From: Octopus bimaculoides
Lineage: Eukaryota
Reading direction: 5' to 3'
DNA: 64,000 nt
Assembly (NCBI RefSeq): GCF_001194135.2
Contig: NC_069005.1
Span: 9,890,267-9,954,266, forward strand
Shown: one piece after another, positions 12,031-23,544 of the stretch
How the letters are laid out: each line of letters opens with the position of its first letter
Numbering within the stretch: position 1 is the stretch's first letter
Translations under genes and position numbers: made by a program
Notes under the pieces: generated by a model
What the model was told of the DNA's origin: nothing
Seen by the model: only the letters and a program-made list of their open reading frames with translations
Databases searched by the model: none

Positions 12031-15000
12031 TTCTTCCTCACCCACTTCTTTTCCTTCTTCGTCACCCACTTCTTTCTCTCCTTTTTCTCTCTCTCATTCA
12101 TTCTGTCCCATGATCTTAGTCTGTCTGTCTCTCTTTTCATCCATTCTCTCCCACGCATTCATTCTGTCTTTCATTCCTTCTCTCTCTACCCTGCTTTTTC
12201 TTTCATTCTTTCTCTCTCTCCTGCTTTTTCTCTCATTCTCTCTCTCGCTCTCTCTTTGTCTTTCTCTCAACTTCTGTTTGTAACAACTTTATCCTCTCAC
12301 CTCAGAAGACTACCTACATCCTTTCTCTCTTTCCTCCCATTCTCCTCCTCTCTCTCTCCTCCTCCTCCTCCTCAGCCCCCTTCTCTCTGTCCTACAGCAT
12401 CAGCCACGCCAGCACCATCTTCAAGGCAATGCATTCCCTTCTCCAGACATGTCCAGTCAAAGACAACCACCACCACCACCCTCCCTTCCACCACAAAAAA
12501 ACAACAACAACAACAGCAGCAGCAGCAATAACAACAACTACTGCCTTGTCATCCTCACATGGGACTGTCTTGGATTATTTTATTGTGCCAAAAACTTTGA
12601 AGACAATGGAGACTGAATAGCAATGAGCTAATGGAATCTCTCAAGTAGAACTAAGTTGAATTAGAGCCAAGCCAGAAGATTCCAGAGAACTTTTAGCAAT
12701 CCTGAAAGTTTTCTGCAGCTGGTCACTAATTCCAATGACGCTCTACAGATTACCACCAACAGGTTAATGCTATAATGTCACCTTTTTATTTTGAAGAATG
12801 CTCTGGGGGTGGAGGGGGGGGCGGGTCATCCTGTGTCTTTTTCTTTTTTATATTGTTNNNNNNNNNNNNNNNNNNNNNNNNNNNNNNNNNNNNNNNNNNN
12901 NNNNNNNNNNNNNNNNNNNNNNNNNNNNNNNNNNNNNNNNNNNNNNNNNNNNNNNNNNNNNNNNNNNNNNNNNNNNNNNNNNNNNNNNNNNNNNNNNNNN
13001 NNNNNNNNNNNNNNNNNNNNNNNNNNNNNNNNNNNNNNNNNNNNNNNNNNNNNNNNNNNNNNNNNNNNNNNNNNNNNNNNNNNNNNNNNNNNNNNNNNNN
13101 NNNNNNNNNNNNNNNNNNNNNNNNNNNNNNNNNNNNNNNNNNNNNNNNNNNNNNNNNNNNNNNNNNNNNNNNNNNNNNNNNNNNNNNNNNNNNNNNNNNN
13201 NNNNNNNNNNNNNNNNNNNNNNNNNNNNNNNNNNNNNNNNNNNNNNNNNNNNNNNNNNNNNNNNNNNNNNNNNNNNNNNNNNNNNNNNNNNNNNNNNNNN
13301 NNNNNNNNNNNNNNNNNNNNNNNNNNNNNNNNNNNNNNNNNNNNNNNNNNNNNNNNNNNNNNNNNNNNNNNNNNNNNNNNNNNNNNNNNNNNNNNNNNNN
13401 NNNNNNNNNNNNNNNNNNNNNNNNNNNNNNNNNNNNNNNNNNNNNNNNNNNNATGAGACGGGATGGGGTGGGGGGGGACCAAATGAAATGCATCTTTTTT
13501 TTTTATATGTGTGTATTTGTATACAAAAGAGATACGCCCTGGCACTAGCAGTAATGACAACAATAACATTCACAACTAACAACAACAACAGTCGCAAATG
13601 AAAGAGTACACACACACACACACACGTACATATTCACATACACACCAGAGGCTCTTGCAGACATTCACACACTAAAACATTTTCACACATTTGCATACAC
13701 TTATATACAAATATATACACACATATATACATGCAGATACACACACACACACACACACACATCGTTATCCACACATAAATACATGCATACACACAGGAAC
13801 ACATATATACATTTACACACTCATATGTATGCATACAGATATATATATATATATACATATATATATAAACATATATGTATATATATATNNNNNNNNNNNN
13901 NNNNNNNNNNNNNNNNNNNNNNNNNNNNNNNNNNNNNNNNNNNNNNNNNNNNNNNNNNNNNNNNNNNNNNNNNNNNNNNNNNNNNNNNTATATATATATA
14001 TATATATACACGCATACATTGACATGACTGTATATGTATGCAGATATAAATACACAATGCGTACACAAAATACAGAACACAGAAAGAAACAAAACGCGTG
14101 TGTCAGTGAAGATTATGTAATCCAGGCTTCGTATATTTATTACATTACGTCATCAGAGATTCGTTCAGAATGTTATTCGTTATTTCAGCCTAATAAAGAA
14201 GAAAAATTAGATATAACTGCTACGAGGAAAAGTTTAATAAATTTCAATAGAAGTAAGGAAGTATGACTTGAAGATATTGATGAAATCCCTCGATCGTGGA
14301 TCAGGCTAAATTGAAAGATAAATCCCCGAAGCTCAGTAGAGGTTTTACAATGATGATGCTCTACATGCAATAACTAATTATAACCCTTTAGCTATAGAAA
14401 GGCTTAGAAAGGTCTTACATTGATTAAAAAGAAAGCAGTAATATTTCTATTTCGTCTGATATATCCTTAATAAGTGTATCTTTTTAGATATGACCTTTTA
14501 TCTTAACGCTGGCTTGTGTTATCTTTATCATAAACCAAATGGAAATCTATATTACGTACACAAGCATTTAAATCACTTGTATATATATATATATATATAT
14601 ATGTATATAATCTTGTTAGAAATGTTTCTATCCACAAATAAACAAATACTGGATGCTAACACAGAATAATTTAATAATGCACTGAAAGGATGAGACTTTA
14701 ATTTAATATGTAGTCCTCTGATTATATGAATAAGCTCGTTTGTTAAAATAAACTGTCTCCAGAAACTAAATAACCGTAAATGTTATTTTTATTTTAGACA
14801 ATATTCTAATAAAAGAAATGATGATATATCAAAATTCGTGAAAGCTAAATGCGACCAAGCCTACAGTCATTGCGACAGTTATCGAATAATTACCTTATAA
14901 TAATAAACAGGTATGAGAATACCTATTGCTGATCAATAAATACACCTGATAAAAAAGGCAAATGAAAGAAGGAAGGACTATTACAGGCACTAGTGATAGG

Positions 15001-15414
15001 GAGAGGAAAGGTAGTGATAGTACTGTAGGGGGAGGATTTAACAATCATCTGACGTTGCGATTCGCTAGAATGTTCCCACGTGATCAACAAAAGTTGATTA
15101 ATCACGGCATTGCGTGGGATAGGTTCCAGCGATGACCTGATGTTTCACCGTGCTTCTTTTTGAGCCTATCAACCAGTATAAATTCGACACATTGTAACTA
15201 ATAGACAAAGATATTTGGAGTGCAGCAGAGAGAGCGTTGACAGGCACTGTAAGAGTAGGCCAAGAGAGAAGACGGCGGACAACAGCTGACAACACAAAGG
15301 AAATGAACAAACGACAGAAGTCAGTTGCCGGTAAGCAGTTAACAAATTAACAACACTTTATGTGCTCCAGCAACTTCACAAAGAACAATGCCATTAAAAC
15401 TTTCTCGGCGTTTT

Positions 15415-15698
15415 GTCACTTGTAGTAACGACATCATTCGTTTTTTGTTCTTTTTTTGTGTACGAAAAGAATAAAATTTTGTTTATCAAACACCTCAACA
15501 GACTCCAGTCTTCTTCATCAAAGTTACGACATCATTCGTTTTCTGTGTACGAAAAGAATAAAATTTTGCTTATCAAACATCTCAAGAGACTCCAGTGTTT
15601 TTCGCACAGTATTATCACTATATTCGATAATAAGGAGCGCTTAATAACTGAAGTGCCTATAACAACGTAAGAACGAATGATGACAAATAAACCGTGAC
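15415..15698. mobile_element. Possible MITE with imperfect TIRs and an internal ~90-bp tandem duplication
   Basis: GTCAC...CATCATTCGTT at the left and AACGAATGATG...GTGAC at the right. ACGACATCATTCGTTTT...TGTGTACGAAAAGAATAAAATTTTG.TTATCAAACA.CTCAA.AGACTCCAGT occurs twice. Confidence 0.45.
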
Positions 15699-16321
15699 AA
15701 TTCGATGCCTTTCCTACGTTTGACAATGTTGAGATATCTTCCATTGAAAATTCTTGTAATGGAAGTGCGAATTACTGTAGCAGAGCTAAATTAGCTAATT
15801 AATCAAGGTCTGAACCTGAAAAATTATTAGTGGTAAGTTTCATAATGTAAGGGAAAACTATCAAAGCAAATCTGATACTTCGCAAATATTAAACATTGCC
15901 TACTGTAAGAAAAAAAAAAGGATAAACTGACTCGGTAGCATGCATATATATGCAGACACACCTCTGCACACATCCAGGCGCACACCCGCAAACATCTACA
16001 CACAGAGGAAAACAAAATATATACGGGCACAACGCACACAAAGACACAAGCCTACACAAACACATGCATGCAAATGCGCAAACGTGTATATCTGTAATAG
16101 TTGTTTTTTTTTAACTTCTGCTTGTTATATTTTATATGGCAGAACATTCTGGAGCCTATTTAGATAAGTTTTAACGGTGTATAGTAACGTAAAATATAAT
16201 TTTACGGATGGTCTTTATCAAATGCCTTGTGGACGAATCTTGATTGATCGATTAATTGACAAATATAGTGTTTAGTAATTACATTACTAAAGAAAAGAAA
16301 ATTCGGAATAATTGTGTCTCC

Positions 16322-16322
<1 letters not shown>

Positions 16323-16385
<63 letters not shown>

Positions 16386-16592
16386 NNNNNNNNNNNNNNN
16401 NNNNNNNNNNNNNNNNNNNNNNNNNNNNNNNNNNNNNNNNNNNNNNNNNNNNNNNNNNNNNNNNNNNNNNNNNNNNNNNNNNNNNNNNNNNNNNNNNNNN
16501 NNNNNNNNNNNNNNNNNNNNNNNNNNNNNNNNNNNNNNNNNNNNNNNNNNNNNNNNNNNNNNNNNNNNNNNNNNNNNNNNNNNNNNNNNNNN

Positions 16593-16623
<31 letters not shown>
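16323..16623. repeat. (GT)n microsatellite spanning an assembly gap
   Basis: Direct reading. Confidence 0.95.
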
Positions 16624-16624
<1 letters not shown>

Positions 16625-16699
16625 AATAAGTACCAGACTTTAAAAAAATATACTGATATATTTGGGGACGATCGTCTTTTGCCAATTAAACATGTGCAC

Positions 16700-16927
16700 T
16701 GGCAGAATCGTTAGCACACCGGGCGAAATGCTTAGCAGTATTTCGACAGCCGCTACGTTCTGAGTTTAAATTCCATCGAGGCCAACTTTGCCTTTCATCC
16801 TTTTGGAGTCGATAAAATAAGTACTAGTTACGTTCTGGGGTCGATGTAATCGACTATCCCCTTTTTCCCAAATTTCAGGCCTTGTGCCTATAATAGAAAG
16901 GATTATTATTATTATTATTATTATTAT
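16700..16927 (+). mobile_element. tRNA-derived SINE type B monomer with tail-2 and (ATT)n
   Basis: TGGCAGAATCGTTAGCAC (A-box), GAGTTTAAATTCC (B-box), central CTTTGCCTTTCATCCTTTTGGAGTCGATAAAATAAGTAC, tail CCCAAATTTCAGGCCTTGTGCCTATAATAGAAAGG(ATT)n. Confidence 0.88.
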
Positions 16928-17404
16928 TTGTCAATGTTCTTTTGTCAGACATTCTGAGACCTCCACAGCGACTTTCTTTCCCTCTTGTCCTCTCTATTCC
17001 ATTGTGTAAATTAAGTACCGTGGTCGATGTAATCGACTGGTACCCGCCCAATTTCAGGCCTTGTGTTTATAGTAGAAAGGATATTATTATTATAATTATT
17101 ATTTCTCAATGTTCTTTCATCAGACATTCTGTGACCTCCTCAGCGACGTTCTGTCCCTCTTGACCCGTATATTCCATTGTGTTTCTGTGTTATGTATCCC
17201 TTTCTACGCTTGCATTTATGCCTGCATTCATGTTTATGTGTTTAATGGGTTTACGTGTGTCTTGTGTGCATTTTTTATGGATCTATAAAACTGTTTCTAC
17301 CCGTTACTTATTTCTGCATTTATATTTATCCTCATTCTGTCTTTAATCGTCAGGTTACGTAATGCGGTGGAGATGCGGGTTAAAAAAAAGGTTACCATCT
17401 CCAG

Positions 17405-17635
17405 CCCTACTGACACTTATGAGTCGGTTTTCCTGTTTCAGTGGCGTATATATACCCCACCTGGACGGGGCGCTAGTCCATCGCAGGGTTACTCATTTTT
17501 ACCAGCTGAGTGAACTGGGGCGACGTGAAATGAGGTATTGTGCTCAAGAACAATACGTTGCCTAGTCCAGGGACTGAAACCACAATCTCAGGATCATGAG
17601 TCCAACACCTTAACCACTAAGCCATGTGCTTCCAT
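17405..17635 (-). mobile_element. CORE-like tRNA SINE (type D)
   Basis: Reverse complement has TGGCTTAGTGG (A-box), GGTTTCAGTCCC (B-box), TGTTCTTGAGCAC...CAGTTCACTCAGCTGGTAAAAATGAGTAAC (CORE-like) and CCTGCGATGGACTAGCGCCCCGTCCAGG. Confidence 0.7.
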
Positions 17636-17761
17636 GAGGAGTGTGATGGTGGGCGTGTTATTACTTCATTCACTATTTCTGTTGGGGCTCGGTCTATCGT
17701 TAAGTTTGACTAAATCCGTCAAGGCGGTGCCGCCGTATGACCGTAGTCCAATGACTGAAAG

Positions 17762-18150
17762 GATGCGAGCTGGTAGAAATGTTAGAACGCCGAGTTCTGA
17801 GTTCAAATTCCACCGAGGTCGACTTTGCCTTTTAAATCCTTTCGGAGTAGATAAATTAACTACCAGTCATGCACTGGAGTCGATGTAACCGACTTAAACC
17901 CTTTGTCTGTCCTTGTTTGTCCCTTCTGTGCTTAGCCCCTTGTGGGCAATAAAGAAATAAGACACGTTAGGCACGCTGGGCGAAATGCTTAGCGGTATTT
18001 CGTCTGTTTACGTTCAAATTCCGCCGAGGTCGACTTTGCCTTTCATCCTTTCGGAGTGGATAAATTAAGTACCAGTTGCGTACTGGGGTCGATCTGATCG
18101 ACTGCCGCCCCTCCCCCAAAATTTCGGGTCTTGTGTCAAGAGTAGAAAAG
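17762..18150 (+). mobile_element. SINE type B head-to-tail dimer
   Basis: Unit 1 ends in module X (...CCCCTTGTGGGCAATAAAGAAATAAG). Unit 2 restarts at ACACGTTAGGCACGCTGGGCG and ends in tail-2. Confidence 0.88.
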
Positions 18151-18414
18151 TCCAATGAGTGAAACATATAACAGATAAAGATATGCGATCAGAAAACACA
18201 TGTGCAATGTAACTGTGAAGAGTGTATGTACAGTTAAGTGTAGCTCATTGAGTAAAAGTGAAGGAAACAGAAAATGTAAGGAACCTATTATCAGCAGATA
18301 ACAAAGTGGAAAATTTTGAATAAAATGCAGCATAAATCTAAACGTAACGGGCTTTAAATAATAATCATAATAATAATAATAATAATATAGCATGTCCAGT
18401 AGTTGCTCGAAACA

Positions 18415-18618
18415 TTGGCACAAGACCAGCGATTTTTAGAGAGAAGCAAGTCGATTAAATGGACACCGGTATTTAACAGGTACTTATTTTATCGATCCCA
18501 TAAGGTTTAAAGGCATAGTCGCCCTCGGTGATATTTGAACTTAGGACATAAATCCGAAAAAGAAATGCTGTAAGGCATTTTGTCCGAGGCACTAATGGTT
18601 CTGCCAAATAGCCACCTT
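18415..18618 (-). mobile_element. SINE type B variant, degenerate
   Basis: GGTACTTATTTTATCGATCCC...AAAGGCATAGTCGCCCTCGGTGATATTTGAAC...TAAGGCATTTTGTCCG...TTCTGCCA. Confidence 0.7.
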
Positions 18619-19032
18619 ATTAAATTATTGACAACTATTTGTATTTTCTCCAACGCTCCACCGATTCCACTCTGTCAGTCCATCGCCTCTAAACACAAGA
18701 CCTATTATCAAACATTGAATTAACAAGAAAACGTGATGCAATATGTCAGTGGAATATCAGAAGAATTACCAAATCATGAAGAAAATGGAAAGACAAAGAA
18801 CTGAATTTCTTCACCCTTCAGACCAAGATTTAATTCTTTAGATTTATTTGGCGTTTTGCTCTGTTTTAGAAATTTCTTTGCATATTTGTAATTTTTCTTT
18901 AATTTTTAAATTCTAACAGAATTGGGTGAGGAATCAAGAATTTTGTTAGATTTGTATTTTTGTTCTGTACTCTGTGTGTGTGTGTATTTATGCATATGTA
19001 CATACACGTATGCATTTGTACATATATGCGCA

Positions 19033-19071
<39 letters not shown>

Positions 19072-19818
19072 NNNNNNNNNNNNNNNNNNNNNNNNNNNNN
19101 NNNNNNNNNNNNNNNNNNNNNNNNNNNNNNNNNNNNNNNNNNNNNNNNNNNNNNNNNNNNNNNNNNNNNNNNNNNNNNNNNNNNNNNNNNNNNNNNNNNN
19201 NNNNNNNNNNNNNNNNNNNNNNNNNNNNNNNNNNNNNNNNNNNNNNNNNNNNNNNNNNNNNNNNNNNNNNNNNNNNNNNNNNNNNNNNNNNNNNNNNNNN
19301 NNNNNNNNNNNNNNNNNNNNNNNNNNNNNNNNNNNNNNNNNNNNNNNNNNNNNNNNNNNNNNNNNNNNNNNNNNNNNNNNNNNNNNNNNNNNNNNNNNNN
19401 NNNNNNNNNNNNNNNNNNNNNNNNNNNNNNNNNNNNNNNNNNNNNNNNNNNNNNNNNNNNNNNNNNNNNNNNNNNNNNNNNNNNNNNNNNNNNNNNNNNN
19501 NNNNNNNNNNNNNNNNNNNNNNNNNNNNNNNNNNNNNNNNNNNNNNNNNNNNNNNNNNNNNNNNNNNNNNNNNNNNNNNNNNNNNNNNNNNNNNNNNNNN
19601 NNNNNNNNNNNNNNNNNNNNNNNNNNNNNNNNNNNNNNNNNNNNNNNNNNNNNNNNNNNNNNNNNNNNNNNNNNNNNNNNNNNNNNNNNNNNNNNNNNNN
19701 NNNNNNNNNNNNNNNNNNNNNNNNNNNNNNNNNNNNNNNNNNNNNNNNNNNNNNNNNNNNNNNNNNNNNNNNNNNNNNNNNNNNNNNNNNNNNNNTATAT
19801 ATATATATTCATGTGTGC

Positions 19819-19855
<37 letters not shown>

Positions 19856-20711
19856 CGAATCTATATCAAACAAAAGAATTTGTTTAAATTTTAAATTGCA
19901 CGGTATGCGTGTGTGCATACACGTTTATATAAACTTAAGCCTATACAAACATACATGCACGCGCACGCAGGAACGCACATCCACCCCAACACACGTGTGT
20001 GTATGTGTATATATATATATATAGACATACATGTATGCATATACATACATATATATACGCAAATATACATATTCAGAAATACGTATATATATATATGTAT
20101 ATATGCATACATATATACAACATATACACATTCATACAGACATATATACATCTACACATACACACACGCATATATGTATATATTTGTACAAGCATACGCG
20201 CTTGTATAAATATATATAAACATATATGTATGCGTGTGTGTGAGTATGCATATATATGTATATATACATACATGTAAACATGTATATATCCATACAATTG
20301 TATGCACAAATATTATACACATATATAAGTACATGAAAGAGAGTGAGGGAGAGAAGGGTTCTGGAATTCCTAGTTATTGTTAGTTATTGTTAATATTTTT
20401 ATTTTGTTAATGTTTCGAGTCGTTTTTTTTTTGTGTGTTTTTCTTTCTAATATTTCTCTTTGTTCTTTACTTAAAATCGTTCAACTGTGAACAAGGAATT
20501 CAAATAAGGCGAACAACAAACAAACCGATGACGATGACGATGATGGCACGACAAATGGCAATAATGGTAAAGAGGAATGCAACAATGGAATCACAAGAAT
20601 AAGAACAATCTTTTCTTTATTGGCCTAAAGAAGCAGAGATCTGGGGGACAGAATATGGTCCGAATACAAATCGAATAACTATGGGTGTTCTTTTTTTAGT
20701 TGCGCAAAACA

Positions 20712-20875
20712 TAGGCGCATGCGTGGCTGTTTGGTAAGAAGATTGTTTCCCAGCCACATGGTTCTGGGTTCTGTCCCACAGCGAAGCAACTTTAGCATCT
20801 GTCTTCTACTATAGTCGTGAACCGACCAAAGCCTAGTGAGTGGATTTGGCAGACGGAAACTGAAAGAAGCCCGTC

Positions 20876-20880
<5 letters not shown>
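20712..20880 (+). mobile_element. SINE type A 5' half ending in (TA)n
   Basis: AGGCGCATGCGTGGCTGTTTGG...GTCTTCTACTATAG...GACGGAAACTGAAAGAAGCCCGTCG(TA)n. Confidence 0.85.
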
Positions 20881-20913
<33 letters not shown>

Positions 20914-21184
20914 ACGTTGATGACAATTCAAAACCAAGACCTAAGAAGGGAACGCTTTCCCTCGGGGAAATACAAAGGAAAAGGGTGTTCTCTGGTGACG
21001 GAAAACACCAATCAAACATTTTCGAACCTTCCAGAACATATTAAGCATGTGAAGAGGCTTAGTTTACCGAAACGGGCTGAAGATGCGGATTCAAGATGAC
21101 AAGAGTTAAATCTTCTCACTGGTTATCTATCTTCTTATTGGTGCGGGTATTGTTGTGTGATTCAGAATAGTTGAATAGCTTCTG

Positions 21185-21380
21185 ATTTAGGTACAAAGCC
21201 AGATGTTTTGAGCGCAAGGGGTTAGTTGATAACATTGACCCTATATTATTTTATTAATCCTGAAAGAATGAAAGGCAAAGTTGACCTGAGTGAAATTTGA
21301 GCTCAAGACATAAAGAGCTGGAAGAAATGCCGCTAATATTTCCGCTCGACGTTCTAACGATTCAGCCATCTTGTTGTCCT
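21185..21380 (-). mobile_element. SINE type B variant, degenerate
   Basis: ATGAAAGGCAAAGTTGACCT...AATTTGAGCTC...AAATGCCGCTAA...CTAACGATTC. Confidence 0.7.
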
Positions 21381-21394
21381 TATAACTATGAAGA

Positions 21395-21645
21395 CGACGT
21401 ATGAGCGTTCAGTGTTTGCCGAACGACCTGCACAAATGATTTGTTTATAGTGATCAAATGTTTATGCCGCACAGTAGATCACACAGGTACAAGGTGTACC
21501 GTACATTAGGTGTCGAAGTGATTGCAAAACAATGCGAAATTAAGTGTTTTGCTCAAAAACACACCGCACAGCCCTGTCTAGGAATTGAAATCACGATCTC
21601 GCGATCGTGAGTGCAACGCCCTAACCACTAGGCCATCCGTCCTCA
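21395..21645 (-). mobile_element. tRNA SINE with a type-D-like head and a different body
   Basis: Reverse complement starts TGGCCTAGTGGTTAGGGCGTTGCACTCACGATCGCGAGATCGTG. The body motif GATCACTATAAACAAATCAT recurs at ~61220 on +. Confidence 0.6.
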
Positions 21646-21759
21646 TATAAATATAAAAACAGTTATAATAATAATAATAATTACGTCAATCCTTTTTTTA
21701 AAAGAGTTTCGTCAATCCTTTTTTAAAAATATAATAATAACAATAATGATAATAATAAT

Positions 21760-22176
21760 GATGGTTTCAAATTTTGGCACAATGCCTGCAATTTCGGGGG
21801 AAGGGGAAGTCGATTACATCGGCATCAGAGTTCAACTGGTACTTATGTTATCGACCCTGAAAGGATGAAAAGCAGGATTCGAACTCAGAGCGGAAAGAGC
21901 TGTTTGGAATGCCGCTAAGCATTTCGTCTGACATGCTAACAGTTCTTTTCTTTTCTTTTGACCACAAGGGCCTAAACATAGAGGGGACAAACAAAGACAA
22001 AGGGATTAAGTCGATTAGATCGACCCCAGTGCGTAACTGGTACTTAATTTATCGACCTCGAAAAGATGAAAGGCAAAGTCGACCTCGGCGGAATTTGAAC
22101 TCAGAACCTAACGGCAGACGAAATACCGCTAAGCATTTCGCCCGGTGTGCTAACGTTTCTGCCAGCTCGCCGTCCT
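21760..22176 (-). mobile_element. SINE type B dimer (intact unit plus X plus degenerate second unit)
   Basis: 22176-21945 is a near-consensus B with module X, followed on the minus strand by a restart AACTGTTAGCATGTCAGACGAAATGC. Confidence 0.88.
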
Positions 22177-22551
22177 TTATTTGTTATAATAATAAATTTT
22201 CCGTTTTGTCATGTTTTTTATTATGTTTCGTATTTACTTATTGAGTGCTCTTTATAATATCCGCTATACATCAGAGATTATTCCTTGTGTGTTGAGATAT
22301 TCACAGTGATTTAATCAGTCTTGCTCTGACGAAATGTAATTAAAGTCTTGAAGAATTCTATGCTGAAGTTACAACATCGATTCGCGTATTTAGAATAATG
22401 TAACTAGTGTCCGATGCGATAATGTGATTTTTAGCAGTAAGTAATATTGCGTTAGTATCAGATAACATTTAAGTTAATTTATTCCATCCATTTTACTCCT
22501 TGCCCTTTTCTTCCACCATGTTGTCACTGTTTTCTCCTTTCTGCTGACTTA

Positions 22552-22941
22552 TCGTTGTTGTTGGCGCTCCGTCGCTTACGACGTCGAGGGTTCCAGTCGA
22601 TCCGATCAACGGAACAGCCTGCTCGTAAAATTAACGTGCAAGTGGCTGAGCACTCCACTGACACGTGTACCCTTAACGTAGCTCTCGGGGAGATTCAGCG
22701 TGACACAGAGTGTGACAAGGCTGACCCTTTGAATTACAAGCACAACAGAAACAGGAAGTAAGAGTGAGAGAAAGTTGTGGTGAAAAAGTACAGCAGGGTT
22801 CGTCACTATCCCCTGCCGGAGCCTCGTGGAGCTTTAGGTGTTTTTGCTCAATAAACACTAACAACGCCCGGTCTGGGAATCGAAACCGTGATCCTATGAC
22901 CGAGAGTCCGCTGCCCTAACTACTGGGCTATTGCACCTCCA
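22552..22941 (-). mobile_element. tRNA-derived SINE type C, full-length
   Basis: Reverse complement starts GTGGAGGTGCAATAGCCCAGTAGTTAGGGCAGCGGACTC...GGTTTCGATTCCC (A/B boxes) and ends in a (CAA)n tail. Collinear and highly similar to 57588-57908. Confidence 0.88.
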
Positions 22942-23544
22942 CTGTTGACTTATCTCTAAAAGAGAAACGGCTTCCCGTCGCTAAATGTTGACGGCAGGAA
23001 CCCTAGTGTAAAGTCTATAATAACGTATACGTCATATAAATATATCAAGGGGTGTATCTTTACTTTCATTTAGAAGCGATCATAAAATCGTCTAGGTAGT
23101 AGTAGATTCCCCCACTTCTTTTTGTTGTTTTCTGTTTTGCAAATATAAAAAGAAAAAAAATAATTAGAATGGATATTTGAAAGATAAATAAGGTATTTAA
23201 TAGAACGATAGATTTATGGATATTTTGTTATAACAACAAAGCTGTTTTTATCAAACGTATAATTTGCATTTCAAATCCGTTCAAACATTGACTATTGCAT
23301 TGCTTCAAATTGATTTCAAACTAGCCATTATTGAAAGCGTGATTAATTTTATTATCATTGTCATCATCAATAAAAACGGAGCAACATGTTTATAGACACT
23401 CCACTAGAACTTTGTACAAATTTTTAGTGAAAATTATCAGGAAACAAGAGACGGTTAGCCCCAAAGGTTCTTGATTGGCGTAACAAAAGATAAGAGATAT
23501 CGACAATGAAAATGTCTATATTTTCGAGTAAACAAAGTTTATTA

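Noticed and set aside
12398-12620. Exon after the long polypyrimidine tract (HQPRQHHLQG...PPPP / poly-Q frames)
   Set aside because: The acceptor is trivial in a CT array, the frames are low-complexity and end in stops, and there is no donor or homology.
4341-12660. LTR retrotransposon bounded by the 47-bp direct repeats
   Set aside because: The repeats are too short, lack TG...CA ends, PBS and PPT, and there is no gag/pol relic between them.
9596-13480. G-quadruplex-capable G-runs at ~9598, 12804 and 13460
   Set aside because: Short G-rich low-complexity runs are common in this genome, and nothing indicates function.
14120-14170. Minus-strand CTGATGA with a GTA..TAC stem
   Set aside because: No coherent stem I or III, and the core is GAAG. 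Probably chance.
21045-21090. Second hammerhead (TGAAGAGG...CCGAAACGGGCTGAAGATG)
   Set aside because: C3 is missing, stem II is only 2 bp, and there is no NUH triplet.
22870-22941. tRNA gene
   Set aside because: A/B boxes are present, but the sequence continues into a SINE body and lacks a proper acceptor stem. The same applies to all type A, B and D heads.
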